In this document: positions 38,601 to 54,700 of the stretch, in pieces
How the letters are laid out: the number at the start of each line of letters is the position of its first letter
Numbering within the stretch: the stretch's first letter is position 1
Source of the DNA: Octopus sinensis
Lineage: Eukaryota
Direction of reading: 5' to 3'
Assembly (NCBI RefSeq): GCF_006345805.1
Contig: NC_043000.1
Span: 64,232,001 to 64,296,000 of the forward strand
Length of the DNA: 64,000 nucleotides
Position numbers and translations under genes: made by a program
The notes under the pieces: generated by a model
What the model saw: the letters and a program-made list of their open reading frames with translations, nothing else
What the model was told of the DNA's origin: nothing
Database searches by the model: none

Positions 38601-39673
38601 ATGTTAGATGTGATGTTGTCTAAGGAGTAGCTCACTTTGACATTATGGGGGTTGAAGAGTTTGTAATACTTGTGGCCTCTGGGGAAGTGCTTCTTAATTA
38701 ACAACAGGAAGCCCCCAGCTACGTTGGTGAAAGCTTCTAGGTTGAAAGGGAGATTATACCATATAATTTTCTTTTACCTAATCCTTTTGGGGTGAGGAGA
38801 GGGTGTTTGGGGGTTGTCCACATATGTGAGCTTCTCAGTAAACCCACTCTAAGGCAAAGCATCGTTGTAGTGTGTGTTGTGTGTCTTTATCAGGCAGCCC
38901 TGATAAAGATCTCTCTATTGGCTGAGAGATTAGATAGTTGTTTGCTAATGCCTGAAACCATGTTTCTAATTACAGTGGGGCTATGGTTTGAGCTCTTGTG
39001 GATGTATACTGTTTCCTCATTAGGCTTCCTGTACAGGTAATACTTGCCCATATTCAGGTCTAAGATAACGTCCAAGAAATCGACTAGTCAGGTTGGTGGT
39101 GACCATTATGGACAGGCCAAACTCCTTAAATAATTTTATCAAGTCCTTCTTGAACCTGTCCATGGTATGGCCATTCATATGGCTTGAGACAGCCAGGCTG
39201 TTGTCTCTATAGAGGGCCGACCTATGTGGGTGTGTACGTCTCTTGAGATTATCCAAGATATATAACCCTACAAGGTTAGCAATTTCAGCCCCGTCAAAGC
39301 TTTCCATGGAGACATCAAACAATGGATCACCTTTCTTCACCCAAAAGGAATCGTCATGGACCAGAATTGACTTTCTGGCATTCATGATAATTCTGGCTCA
39401 GCAAAAGTTAGGGCCTTCAGAAGGAGGGGCTTAGATATGGAAGGGTATAAGTCGACAATGTCAAACTGGGTGAATCTGCAGGCCAATTTATTCTTCATAC
39501 CGCAGAAGCAGTCAATAATGGCTGCGCTGGAATTTCACAGAGTCAACCATGTAACCCTTCTGATATCGGAGTTGATAGTATCAAGAATATGTTTGCTAAT
39601 GATACCTATCTCACTTTTAGAGGGTTGATCAGCCTGCATTCATCATCATCATCATCATCATCGTTATATATAA

Positions 39674-39718
<45 letters not shown>

Positions 39719-42700
39719 ATAATGGTATAATAAAAAACTCTAAGCTTGAAAAGTGGTGAAATAAAAACACTCTCTTTGCTGATCAAGTGCTTTGCTACTT
39801 GTTGAAGCATTACTATATAATGTATATATGTATATATATGTATATATATATATGTGTGTGTGTGTGTGTTTATATATATATATATATATATAAAGCTTCT
39901 GTTAATTCTCATTTCATTCTACTTCATACCCATCATTAGTAAAAATAGGTAAACAACATACCATTTCTTTTATTTGCTCAAGGGACTGGATAAGTTTTTT
40001 CTTCTCGTTGTCAACTTTGGTTTTTTCAATTTCCAGTTGAGCTTCAAGATAAACCTAAAATTTAATAAAATAAGCTAAGTTAAAAGAAAAGCAAGAAGTA
40101 TTATATTTTTTCTTTTTTATATTTTTATGTTTTGTAAATCTGGACAATATTTTTTATTTTAATATGATAATGTATTTTTGTTTTCATAAAACATTTCGTG
40201 TTAATGTTATTCAAATTTGAGATCTAAAATATTTTTACAAATGATTTTCAAATGATTAAGAAACATATGCTTTATATTCTAGTATTTAAGATTACTTGCA
40301 AAGCTTCAAAAATTCACCCAAATCTAAGGGTTATTTTATATTGATTAAATGTGTGAATCTTTGATATGAAAGAAATGCATTCTCTCAAAGACCTTAATTC
40401 TAGCAACTAAGACATGCTACAGATACTTGAAATAATTGAGTTCATCTTAAATTTTAGAAAAATAACCAAACATTTTAAATTATATGTGGCATCCTGTGGG
40501 TTATGGCTGTTAATACAAAGGAGATAACTATCTCACAACATGGCACATGATGAGAAATTTGAATTTGAAATTAAGGAATATAAGGAAGAAGATACATAAA
40601 ATTCACATATTGTAAATCACATTATTACATTAAAGCAAAGAAACAGATAAGTAATTCTTTAGTAGTTTTATTGGGTGTAAGCATGGCTATGTGGTTAAGA
40701 TTGTAACTATATGGTTTCAGGTTTAGTCTTACAGTGCAGCAGCTGGGGCAAGAGTCTTTTACTATAGCCCAATGTCAACCAATGCTTTTTGAGTGGAAAT
40801 GGTTGACAGCAACTGTATGAAAGCCATCATGTGTGTGTGTGAATGATGACATCTTGTCATTGTCTCAGTAAAACATTAATATGTTTACATTACTTGTTAG
40901 CTTTATGGTCATCTTACGCTTTCCAATACCAGTGAAATAAAAAAATATCCTTCACTCAGAAACAAGGATTGGTGAAAGAGCCTGGCTATAAAAGGCAATC
41001 TCAAATAAGTTCCAATCCAACCCATACTAGAATGGAAAAACAGACATTAAACCAACAAGCAATAGTTTTCTTTATTCTTCTAAATTTTTTGACCTTAAAA
41101 AAGCTTTTCTGCTTTTTAAATTTCTATGTGAAGAGTTCTAGTAATTTTTTTACTTCATCTTCAGTGCACCATAAAGTCAAAAATATTGAGAACCACTGCT
41201 CTATGCTATGACTTTACCTGATAGAAATTATTTCAAAGTTGCAAAACATTGAGCCTATGAGGAAGACCTTACATTATCATTTGATCTGCTAGAAGTAGTG
41301 GTCAAATATTCCTCAAATTACAACCTACTATCCTGAAAAGAGAAGGATATATTATACCAATGCAATCCTAAATATATAATATCCATGAGAAAGATGGTTA
41401 TCTGGTTGTAACTGAAATGATTTTCATCATAAATCTTCTCAAACAAAGTAATTAAAATTGCAAAACCAAACCAAGATACATTAAGATGTACACCTTGAAA
41501 ATAGTAAAAGTCCACCTGGAGGCAGCAAGCTCATGAGACGAGTTAATTTGGGTTTCTGAGATGTTTGGGTGACTGAAAGTACCTAATCAAAGACAACAGT
41601 TCATCAGAGTGTAAACTCCTAACTACCACTAGTTCTCATTTTCAGATGAGTAAACTAGAGCAGTGTCAAGTAAAGTAACTTGTTTCAAGACATAATGCAC
41701 TTCCCAGTGTAAGAATTGAAACAACTTAATGGTTATGAACCTAACACCATATGCCACATGCCTTTACTTGAAAACAATAGTCAATCAACCATAAAACTGA
41801 TACCCTCTTGTTCTAATAAATAATCATATCAGTGATATGACTTTTATCTATAACAAGACTACATTGTCTGTATCCTTTTTTTTTTAAAGATAGTAGAACA
41901 TGATTTGAGAATTTCTGGCAGGTCAAGCTACCATGTAGATACTTTCTCATTCGCTCATTCCCCTTGGGTTTCAGCAGTGTGCGTACTGATATGTAAGTAA
42001 TGATCAGTGTATATGTTAACCCAACATAAAAACACTGTTTCCAAATTCAGTTGCTTTTTTGATACTAACATAAGCTGGATGAAACTTCTTCAGCCAGTAT
42101 TTTACATACTGATACCAAACATTACACCTTTTCAAATAAGGTTCTTTATTCCAGATCTTTGCATGCTGAACTGCTGTGAGACATTTGTTTACAGGAAAAT
42201 GGGGTGAATATGATGATACATAAGGACAATCACACACACACATACAATGAGCATCCATACAGTTTCCATTTATCAGATTTCACTTACAAGACACTGGTCA
42301 GTTGAAGTCTGTAGTAGAAGACAAGATGGTATGCAGTAAGATCAAACCCAAAACCCAAGTCATTGCAAAGCAAATGCTTTAACCATTCAACCACACCAAC
42401 ATTCTTCTCAATCTTTTTTAGAAATAAAGACTAAATTTACCTTATCTTTTTTTAATTCCATCACCTCATTGGACATTTGTTGGCGTAAAGCAGCCAATTG
42501 ACACGTGGCACTGAAATATAAAATAACATAAAAATCATCACATTGCATGATATAAATACAATAACTAAAGTGTTAGAGCATATGTTATTATTATTTCTTT
42601 ACTGATGATGTTGATTACACTAAAACAAATGGAATATCATTTAGTAACAGATATCTAGTTTAGTAACGATATCTGATTTAGCAGTCATTCAAAATCTCCT

Positions 42701-45700
42701 ACAGTTCACACTTTACCATCTTAAAAACAAAATGAGTGGGACACATTATCTTAGAAAGGCCTGAAAAATAAGATGAAATGGCCACAGATGGATCACTTTT
42801 GATCATAGTTCTGAGATATAAACTCAATTATTCACATAAAGCTTTGAAGACACTTGCCCCAAGCTCCATGCAGTGGGACTGAACACAAGTAAATTTATAA
42901 AAAGAAAGCTTACTTCAACTTTCTCAAATAGAAAACAGCTACAAATAAATTTAATAGCTACTTTCATATTCAGTGTTTTCATTTCATTAAATAAAGAAAA
43001 GTTGATATCTTTGAGAATATTGTCGCACTCACTTTGATGGCCCTCTCTCTATATCTAACTGGCATTAATGGAAGAAAGTTCAGAAATATACAGAAGATTT
43101 GAATCTATAACATATCTATGTTCTTCAAATATATATCACATAAAATAGAAAATGTAAGATTTTCCATTTTATAGATTGTTACAAAACGTCTACAATAAAA
43201 ACTAACTTTATTAAATTAATGATGTCATATACTTTTAAAATTAAGTAAAAAAAAAACTTTTATTTTTTGAAAACTAAAGTGACATTTACTTGTTCTGGCT
43301 GTCTTCCAGCATTTCTCTTTTAGATTTTTCCATTTCTAATTGTGCTGCAAGTTGACATTTTTCTTGTCTCATACTGGTATTTTGTGTTTCTAATGCTTTA
43401 ATTTTTGAAGATAATGTTAGGATTTTCTCACTGCTAATATTTTCCTTTTCTTCAGCCACAGCTAACTGCTGCTGGATTTCAGCTTCAATGAAAATATTAA
43501 GACAATAAAAACAAATAATAGAAAGAAGGAAAAAAATGTAAAATCATACCTCAGTAAAGTAGACTGGAATTAGTAAATTTTTATTAATAAATTTATTGAT
43601 AATGTAAGATATTGTATTGGTATTTTACAGTTATTTAAAGATATCTACAGTTATCAACCACTGATGGAATGATAGGCTCAAGTAGTACATAAAACCAGGA
43701 AACATTCAATTTACTGTCACAGTTGAATAAACTACCATCATAGATATATAAAACTTGATAACAAAGATATGGAATATTACATTTTTCTTTCATCAGCAAA
43801 TGGTAATTTACTTGCCCTAACTGAAAAATTAAAAGCTTGAGGGAAATGTAGAACTAATTGATTTCCATGATTTTTAATTGAAATTTCATTTATGATGTTT
43901 TTTTTTTTGTTATATTAATATGCTTGTTAGAGAAAAAAAAACCTCCTCAAAACTTACAGATTCTTTCTGTAAGAGCTTTTTCTCTTTTCTCCCACAGCAA
44001 TGACTGGGCACCATATGTGGACTGTAGATTTTCTATCTGCCGTAACAGAGGACGAGTAGCTACAAAACATAATGTATATGATTTTAACAAGAGGAATTTG
44101 TGAAACAATTTTGAATCAGATATGCAAAACAAATAATAACATCCCTTCATCATCAGAAATTCTTTTCTAAACTAAATTAAAATATAAGTTTTCTTCCCCT
44201 GGTCTATTTTTTGAGAACTGATAGAACACATTACACAAAATATTTTCTAGTATATAACCAACATGTTAGACATTATAAACATTAATTTGATATGAAAAAC
44301 AGAAACATTTCCACTCACATAGTTCAACAGATATGCAGTTTGTATTGCATCAGTGGTTCTGTGTGGTTGGGAAGCTTGATTCCTAATGACTTAGTTCTGG
44401 GTCCAATCCCAAAGAGGCACCTTGGGCAAATGTCATCTGCTAGAGCCCTCAGCCAATCAAAGCTTTGGTAGATGGAGACTGAAAAGTGCCTACTGTGTGT
44501 GATCACCATAATCATCATCATCATCATCAACAACATTTAATGTCTGTTTTCCATGGTGACATCGGTTGGATGACTTGACAGGAACTGGCATGGCCAGGGG
44601 CTGCACCAGATTCCAGAGTCTGTTAAATCTTGGTTTCTATGGCTGGATGCTCTTCCTAACACCAACCACTTTATAGAATGCACTGAGTGCTTTTTACATG
44701 GCACCAGTATGCACACCAATGCTCTTGATGTAGCACCTTGGTTTTAAGATCTCAATTTTGTTGTGTTGGGTGGGTTCTCTTAAGTGTGTGTGTGTCTGCC
44801 TGTGAGTGTCTACATGCATATGGATTGGCGTTTCCTTGCCTTGACAACATATGATTGTCAGAAATAAGTGTCACTATCATACAAGCAGTGCCCTTTGTTT
44901 CAAATGTTCCATGAAAACATGTCCAGCTGTAAGGAAATATTACCTTACTTGGGAACAGGTGAAGGTTGGTGACAGGAAGGGCATCTGACAGTAGAGAAAT
45001 CTGCCTCAACAAATTCCATCCAACCAATGCAAGCTTAAAAAAGTGGATGTTAAAACAATGAGGATAATGATGCTAATGTCTCCAACCTTGGAGGACCTGC
45101 AAAAGAAAGTCATGGGCACTGCTCTCTCTCTCTACTGCATAATCCATTACCATAAAAAAAAAGTGGAATTTATATTTTATAATATATTTCTTACCAGAGG
45201 TTACAGAGATTGTTAAATCTTGATTTCGGGCCTCATCTTCTTGCAATCTCTACAATGATAAATCAGATGAATATGTCATCTTTAAACAAGAAAATATATC
45301 ATCATAACATGACAGAATTCTAGAGGGTTTGATAACCTTTTATGAAATTATAAAAATTATTTTAAAGTAATTTTTCTATTCCAATTAGTTATGAGTTACA
45401 TCATTTCAATTGGCAGTCTCATTTGTTAAAATTAACAGCGAGGATTTTACTGAAAAAATTTTAAACTCTTTAAAAAATTTCAAAGAAATATAAATAAGCT
45501 GGCTTGTCTGTATAAGAAGCTTGCTTCCCAACCACATGGTATCAGGTTCAATCCCATTGTATGGCAGCTACAAACCCTAGAGTGTTGTGAGTAGATGAGT
45601 GGGTTTGATAGAATGAAACTAAAAGAAGTCCATCATGTGAGTGTGACTTTGTGTTTATCCCTTACTGGCATTTGATATCCAGTGTTGGTTTGTTTACATG

Positions 45701-48700
45701 GCAAAAAGAGATTGATAGAATAAGTAGCAGGCTTAAAAATGAGTCCTGAGGTCAATATGAATAGCTAAACCCTTCAAGGTGGTATCCCAGCATGGCTGCG
45801 GTCCAATGAGTGAAGCAAGTAAAAAATAACAGATAAGAAAATCCATTTTTCTTTTTGTTGTAAATTAATTTACAAAAGTATCTATGGTCACTTAACCATC
45901 TAGAAACAGAAACCAAATCTCCCTTGTACTAACCACATCTTATTGTCTCAAAGAAAGAAAAAAGGACATATTGAATAAAATAGTTCTAGAAATACTAAAA
46001 GTTTGAATAAAAGATACAAATATTTGGAATGCCTTTGATCATAGTTTTGATTAGGTCAGAACTAACCTGAGGCTAAATAACAAATGAAATGTAGAACACA
46101 AAGACTAAATAGAAGACAAGCTTAAATAGAAAGGGTCAAACCTGCTGCAAGTCAGAAATTTCTCGCTTCAATAAATCCTCATGTCTGGTGTGTTCTTTTT
46201 CTTGCCGGCTGAGGTTAATTTGCAAATCTTCAATCTATTGGATAAGAAAAAGAGCAGTCATATAGCAACAATATTTTTTTTTTGTTTTTGAATCAATTGA
46301 AATATGAAAGATTCACACAGATATCAAGAAACAGGGAAGAGAGATGAGAAAGGGAAAGAAAGAAAAGGGGGAAAAAGTAAAAAAAAAAGTGGGGGGACAA
46401 AGCAGTGGAAGACGTAATGGGAGGGGTGATAAGCCACATATCCCAGCAACAACTAAGGTGGTCAGCCATACCCTGTGATAATGACTGCAATGGCCTATGA
46501 CACTCACTGCAGTAGCCACACCACTCAGGGTTTATTTCTCTGAGGGCAACCTTTATCGCTATTTTGTGGAGGAAATCAGTAGCACAGGTTCCTAGAACAC
46601 CTGATGCCTTGATGGCAACCAGAACAAACGAGTAGCAGCCAACCAGGCTCCTGTATTTATTGACTTTTCTCTCCTCTGCATTACGGCAATGCTGTGAGCT
46701 TGGAGCCAGAGGATGTCATGATGTTTAGCTGAAACAGTGAATTAACTTAAATTGTAGGAACTGCAGCTTTAATGAATGAGTGTTACAATGCATATCTGTG
46801 TAGGAGTAGAGAAAAAGTTGATTAAATTCATTGCAGTATTCATGATCATAAGGTTATGGTTTCAATCCCAGGACTAGACAATGTGTTGTGTTCTTGAGCA
46901 AAACACTTCATTTCATGTAGCGCCTGTTCACTCAGCTGGCAAAAATGAGTATTCCTGTGACAAACCAGTGTCCCATCAAGGGAGAGAATATATATGTCAC
47001 AGAATCTAGGAAAATGGCCTCATGAATCTATGGCTTGGGAAGGATCTGCAATCCTTTAATTGAGTATGTAACTTTGACCTCTTGGAACTACAATTAAAAT
47101 GAATCAGGGAAGGAGCCTATATGTGGTAGCTATAACTGCTAGAAACAACAGTCAAATCAAACACTACTGTCAAGGAAGGACATAGAAGACAATATAGTCC
47201 GAAAATAAGATTTAGTCTCCAAATAAGATGGGAGGATCATGGCCTACTCAGTAATGAAATTCTTTATTTCTAAGAATTAAGTTATAAGGAGGATAAGAGC
47301 TCAAACCATTGTTACATCAAAATATATTAATGATAGTGTTAGTAAGTTAAAAAATATATTAAATATTAAAACAGCTATAAATATAATCCACATTAGTTGA
47401 TTGTTTAAAAGTGTACTGCAGTAAGTAGCATCTTTTGAGTGTCTTCCAAGTACAATGGCTATGAAAATTTGGTAGAAACTCAACACACAGACAGACAGAC
47501 AGACACACACACACACAAAATGTGATGACAAAGGAATAAATGATTATCTTATGAACTTCATTAGATTACAGCTGTCTCTGCTGTAAGATGCAGTGGACTC
47601 ATAGTTGGGTGCCTGAGTAACACCTTATAAGCTTCATTGGTGCCTTCAATACGAAGTGCAATTTATTTGGAAAAAGAAGTACATTTATTGCTATATATAT
47701 TGGAAAAAGCATTACCAATATACACACACATACATTTATAAATGCATGTGTGTGTACATATAAATACACATCATCATCATCATCACCGCTTCTACATGCT
47801 TGCATGGGTTAGACAGAATTCATTGAATTAGATTTTCTGTGGCCAGAGACCCTTTCTACCACCACCCATCACCCTATCATCAAGCAAGGTAATCTTTCCA
47901 TATAGCTGGACATGTTTATACATAGGACTGGAAATGAAAGGCACTACTGTGCAATGATGGCACTTGTTTACAACTAGGGCACTATGTCAAGACAGCATAC
48001 ACACACACACACAAGATGGGCTTCTTTCAGTTCCTGACTACCAAGTCCATTCACAAGGCTTTGGTTGGCCCAGGGCTATAGTATGTCATGGACTGGAACT
48101 GAACATAAAAAGAAATGTGGTTGTGAAGTGAGCCATACCCGCACCTTATATCATCATCATCATCGTTTAACATCCACCTTCCATGCTAGCATGGGTTGGA
48201 TGGTTTGACAGGAGCTGGCTAGGCAGAAGATTGCACCAGACTTCTGTTTCTGTTTTGGCACAGTTTTTATGGCTGGATGCCCTTCCTAACATCAATTAAT
48301 GTACAGTATATTAAAATAAGAGATACTGATGGCTTCCTGCCCTTACAACATGTGTTAGGCAGTTTTTATAATGTGCCTTGTGTCTCCAAACAATCTTTAG
48401 GATCTGAACACAAGTTTTGTTCTCTTTGAAAATCAGGATGCTGACATATGAGAAACCATGAGAGAAAACAAGAAGGATGATGTGAAAAGTAGAATGAGAA
48501 GACAAAGGGTGAATTACTTGGAGGTACAAGGCATTTTATAAAAGCAGGCCTAACCATGTCTTAATGGCAAGAAACTATCAGTGGCTTTTATTTTAATACA
48601 TCATCATCCTCATTCAATGTCCGTTTTCCATGCTGGCATGGGTTGGATGGTTTGACAGCAGCCGACCAGGTAGTAGAGCACATCAGGCTACAGTGTCTGA

Positions 48701-51700
48701 TTTGGTTATTACAGCTGGATGCCCTTCCTAAACAGCAACCATAACAGAACAGTAAAAAGGGTAAAGATCCGGTTTGGTCATGAATGACCGTGGGATTGCA
48801 CCTTGAGAGTTCTCCTTCAAGGCACAAGTCCAGGAAGGTTGTTTATGAAAGACCAGCAGTCACCCACGCATACCCTCTCCATGCCACTAATGTTACCCAA
48901 GGGAAAGGCAGACACCAATACAACTTGGCACCAGTAACATCGCAACTCATTTCTACAGCTGAGTGAACTGGAACAATGTGAAATAAAGTGTCTTGCTCAA
49001 GAACACAACACACAGCCTGGTTTGGGAATTGAACTCACTACCTCATGACTGTGAGCCTGATGCGCTAACCACTGAGCCATGTGCCTTCATGGAACAGTAA
49101 ACTGTGGGTGTGTGTGTGTGTGCGTGTGTGTGTGTGAGAGCGAGAGAGAAAGAGAGAGTGTGTGTGTGTGACAGAAAGGTCATCCATCTGTAGAAAATCT
49201 GTTTTGATAAAAATATGTCAGTTTTATCTACTCCCTCAAAATATAGGTCACAATGTTTAAATATTTTCAAAGAATAGCATACTTATTTACGAACTTCTTA
49301 CTCTTACAGTCTTGAATTCTAATAAAATCAGCCAGGTGTGACTCAGAAAATAAATATGAGACTGTACTTTTACTTACATGTAGATAATTGATAGCTAAGA
49401 TTGGCATAAGCTCTAAATTTTGATGTAGAGTACAGGTGATTAAATGAACCCTAGTACATGACTGGTTACTTAAGTCTATCAGTTCCAGAATAATGAATGC
49501 CATTAGTAGAAACCATGCCAAATCAGACTGGAGTCTGGTGCAGCCTTCGAGTTTGCCAGCCCTGATCAAACCGTCTGACCTATGCCAGCATAGTCAACAG
49601 ACGTTTGATGATGATGATATATCCACATACATGAACTGAAGGAGTGGAACAAATAAAAATGCAAGCTATATATGTCTCTTAGCAACTTTGATGGAAAAAA
49701 AAACAGTGTAACTCTTCATCCCAATAAATTGTTATTGTTTCTTATCATATACTGTCCTCTTTTTGTTCTCTATATCAGCCACTCACTGCTTGAAGCTTAC
49801 CCACTTCCTACACTTGGGTCCTTGGATCATTCATATGCACACACCTACATATCAACAGATTGCTGTTAAATAGGTGCACTGAGCAAAAATACTGCATGGT
49901 ATTTATTTATGTATGTTACTTCTCTTTACAATAAAGAGGAATTAACCAGTCAATAAAATGAGAGCTTAACAAGTACCAGACAAAGTACTTGAGTCTATTT
50001 GACCAATATATATATAATAAATTGCACATAAAAATTCTTTTCTTACTTGACATATAAAAGACTCTTTTTCAAGTCTAGCCTTCTGACGATCTTTTTCCAT
50101 GGAGTAATTGAACTCTTCTCGGACTTGAAGTTCTGCACTGAGTACAGCTTCCTGGACTTTGCTATCACGAGCAGCATTGGTTTTGTTGAGTTCAGCAATT
50201 TCCCTAGGAAGATTGAATAAACTTAGTGAAACACTGCAAAATTAAACAGGTTAGAAATGAAAAAAAGGCAGTGATAATATTTACTAAACTTACTTATATG
50301 AGTTGTCTAAAGCAACTTGTAAGCCTCGAACTTTCTCTTGGCTCTCATCCAAGTCAGTCTAAAATATAACATAAATTTTACAACTTAATAGTTAACATAA
50401 CAGATAGTAAAATGTTCTGTCAATGTTGGTATACATAAAAATATACTGTAGTGTTAATATACATTGAAGTTTACTATCAGTACTGATGTAAAGTGTCAGT
50501 GTTAACACACAGAAAATGCACATTCTGTATTGGTGTACAGTAAAAGTATACTTTCAGTACTAGTTTACCTAAAAGTGTACTGTAAGTTTTGATGTATGAT
50601 ATACAATCAGTGAAAATGTACCTAAAAGTGTACTGAAGTACTGATGTACAATAAAGTGTATTGTTAGTGTTGGTGTAAAACGAAATGTACAGACAGTGTT
50701 GGGATACAGTAAAATTTACAATCAGTAGCGATGTACACTTAAGTATACTGTCCATATTGTAGCATGTCCTCTATCAATATTTCCGTTTGAATAATCAATT
50801 TACCTTTAATTTCGTTACTTCTTTCTCTTGCTTCACTAATGCAGAATTCAGTTTAGAAATAGTTTCTAAGAAAAACAAACACATGTAAAAAAAATATTAA
50901 TATTCAGAAAAAATACAGCTTTATAGTATATTTGCATAAATTCACTACCTAAAAAAAATCTGTCTTTATATTTTATATATTTTTTTAATGTGCATCCATA
51001 CATATAGCTTTTGCTGCTGCTGCTACCACCACCACCACATACTTATTTGATGATGACTGAACCATTTAATGTTTACTCATTTCTAATTTTAAAAAAATAC
51101 TTCTAATGATTCACCACATTTACTGGTAAATAATCTTGCATATTTTTATCAAATAATGGTAACTCAAATATACATACAAACAACCAGTCAACATTTGGAA
51201 TAATGCATGCATGCATATGTGCCTATGCATACATGCATGCATATTGTTCTCTTTCTCTTTTTAATTTAGAGTAAATTTTGACCAGCCACCTACTTGGTAG
51301 CAAGGTTGTGAAGGAAAGTATCTTGTTTTAACCATCATCATCATCTATGTATATATTAAATCTCTCAATAAGCAATTGAAAATAAACAGTACAAGAAATC
51401 ACAAATGCGATAATTTACCACATAATAAATAACTATCAACAATTAAAATAAATGTTGTCAGAAATAACATTTGAAAAGTTTAATCTCATTTCTTCTCAAC
51501 TGGTTTTAATAGTCCCTAAAATTACTCAGTTTTGAAAGAATTCACAAACACTCTATTAGTATCGTTCCTATTACTGAAAGACATACCTGACTGTTTCTTT
51601 CCAGTGTCTTCATTAGAATCCAAAACTGCCTTTAAATCATCTGATTCAGTTTTTAATTCTTCAAGTTTTTTCCTAAAAATAGAATTGTTAAAGAAATGCT

Positions 51701-54700
51701 TTATCAACTGCAACATTTACATCAACAAAATAAACAAAAATGCAATAATAATCCTTACATAAACGCAAAACCACAATATTACATGGGGAGGAGAAATTAG
51801 TTATACTTGACTGGTACTTTTATTTTATTGACTTCAGAAGGATGAAAAGGCAAAATTGATCTCAGTGGAATTTGAATTCAGAAAGCAAAGAGCTGGAATA
51901 AATGCTTCAACATTTCCTCCAATCTACTGCCCTGAAAAAATTCAGCAAATAACAAACAGTCTCAAATCTTTCCAAAATTCAGCAAAAAAGAAATATAAAG
52001 ACCTTAATATTTTTCTCTTTATAATGACTCTTTCCATTCTTAGTTCAAATGTAGTTGAGGCTAAGTTTGCCTTTTATCCTTCTGGAGATAGTCCAGTTCA
52101 GTAACCAATATCTTTATATTCATTTTTCATTACCAGCAAATATATTGGGTAAGCTTTCTCAATCTAGCCTATTCACATTAATAGTAAATTACTCTCCTAG
52201 TTGTAAATAGTCTCTTTACAAGATTTCTTCATGATAATCTTGTTTATGTCCAGCTGATACTAAACAGTTAGAGTATGTTCCTTACTTCAGAAACAGTTAC
52301 TGTCTGTAGCAAGCATTGCAATAAATGTGGCTAGTAGCAAGTTCTTTGCCTAATAGTTTTAAGTAGTATACCTTGACTAATCTCTCAGAATAATATTCCT
52401 TGCTTAATTGAGTAACATGATTTTTGCCCTCTGGTAGCCACTGTTATTTCCTATTTGCTCACCCCTAGAAAGTATGAAAAATGGCTAATATTTCCTTCAA
52501 ACTTTGCTTTTGTTTACATTTATTCAAACCTCCAAGAGTCCCTCTCAACACACAGCTATGATGCTCCTCCACTACTTCTGCTCGTTATCATATATTGTTA
52601 GCCACCAAGGGCCATGCTCAAGTAGTTATGGTCAAGCAACTGACAAGTAAATCTGTGGTATTGAGCAGAATATTTGCTATAATGATATTTCTACTTAAGC
52701 AACTCAGCAGTGAATCTGTCTGAAATGTAATGGAAAATAGTTCAGTTTCAAAACATTGATGTCCAGGTCACAAAAGCAAAGTTTGAAGAGAATAGTAGTT
52801 ATTTCCTTTGATTTCTAGATAGAAGCAAATAGGAAATAACACTTAGTGACCAAAGACAAAAAAAAAATTTAACTTTGTAACACAATGTAATGGATATACC
52901 TGTTTTTCTTTACTATACCCAAACATATTATAAACAGATAAGATTTCATGAGTTATTGAATAGTTTGTATAAAGTGAATCTAGCTATAAAACACATCTCT
53001 ATTCGAAAAAAAAATTAGAAAGATATTCTTCAAATTTAAAGAACCATTCAATCCGTGTTTATGTGATTCTTTCCTCAACTGTCACAATTCAATGGCAACA
53101 AAAAGCAAAGCTTGAATTCACAACCAAGTTGACACTGTGACGCTAAACACAAAATGTTAACTGTAAAAGTAAAATTATATGCATTCCATCTACACTAGTG
53201 TATTTTATCAAAGGAATTGCTGCCAGCAAGAAGGTCAGTCTGCCACAGCAGAACTGATACTGGTGCTGATGCCACATAAAAAGCACTGATGCTAATGCCA
53301 TGTTAAAAGCATTGGTACTAGTGTGTTGTAAAAAGCACCCAGTACACTCTGTGGAGTGGCTGGTATTAGGAAAGGCATCCAGCCATAGAAACCATGCCGA
53401 AACAGACAATACAGCCTGGTGCAGCCCCTGGGCTTACCAGCTCCAGTGAAGTCATCCAACCCATGGGAAACAGCCATTAAATGATGATGATGATGATAAT
53501 GGACATTACTAAAATGGTTTCAAAGAGATTGATTTTATAAATAAAGTAGGAATTATGATAATCACAAGTTTATATCATTTGTTGCCTACATGTTTTCCTA
53601 TTGAGATCATATGATCACATGTACTCTGTAATGTAATGCAATAAAGTGTTACCCTGATGATCTGTTGTTGTTAAGCATTCAATTGTACATGGAACATCAA
53701 ATATTGTGGTTCCTTCATTATTATTATACAGTAAATGGATACATATTTGTGTTGATCATAATATCTCCTACATTTGCTATGTATATTGCCACCAATAATA
53801 TTACTAAGTATAACAGTAATCTAAGCACTATACTGGATGATGATAATCTATGTGCAGCTCCAAACTCAACTGTAATAGTCAGATATCTAAGTGTACACAC
53901 AAGATATAGATATAGTTTTAAAAAAAACTTACTTTTGTGAAGCAATGAGAGAATCATTTTCTTTTTCTTTTGTTCGTAATTTTTTAATAATGTTATTACT
54001 CTGAAGTTGTTGTTTCGACAATTTCTCACCTGAAAACATTAAAGTAATATGGAATTGTCATTATTGCTTGAATAAACTATCATTTAGTCAAGTAGAAAAA
54101 ATGATTCTTCCCTCATTTTCCAGTCTATTTATTATGTGTAGCATCATAGGGGAAAGAGACTGCCTGTCCAGTACAAGCTTAATCCTTTAGCATTTAAACC
54201 AGCCATATCCAGCTCAAATATTTGACCTATTTTATGTTCAAACCAGCCAGATTCTGCCTATCACACCTACCCTACAATGTCATTCTAAAAATAAACAATC
54301 ACGTCATTGGAATCTTAAAGCTATGAGATAATGCATGATTAATTCAAAACAATGTTAGACAATAAGCATTACATTTGACAGAGTAATCTGAATTCTAAAG
54401 AGTTAAATCACTGGAGAGGAGGAATGTTATGTGTTCTTAGCTTGTCTTTTACAACTTCAATCCATTTGTTCTTTAGTGTGTCATAGATTTTGCAAAAGGA
54501 CATCTTTGCATTGCATACTAAATGGGTCAGATGATGTTTTTCTTTTGGTTTTTATTCTATAGTTTTATGCACCAAAATTGTACCAGCATTATTCTCTTGT
54601 ATTTTCATTACAAATCATGGCCCATTGGGATTTAACAGTTATGAATTTTAAACACACTAAGATTATCAGACACTTTAATTAATAGACTCAAACCATAATT

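Noticed and set aside
42600-42680. Possible C/D box snoRNA (TGATGA ... CTGA, about 70 nt apart)
   Set aside because: It is antisense to the host gene, has an imperfect C box and lacks a terminal stem.
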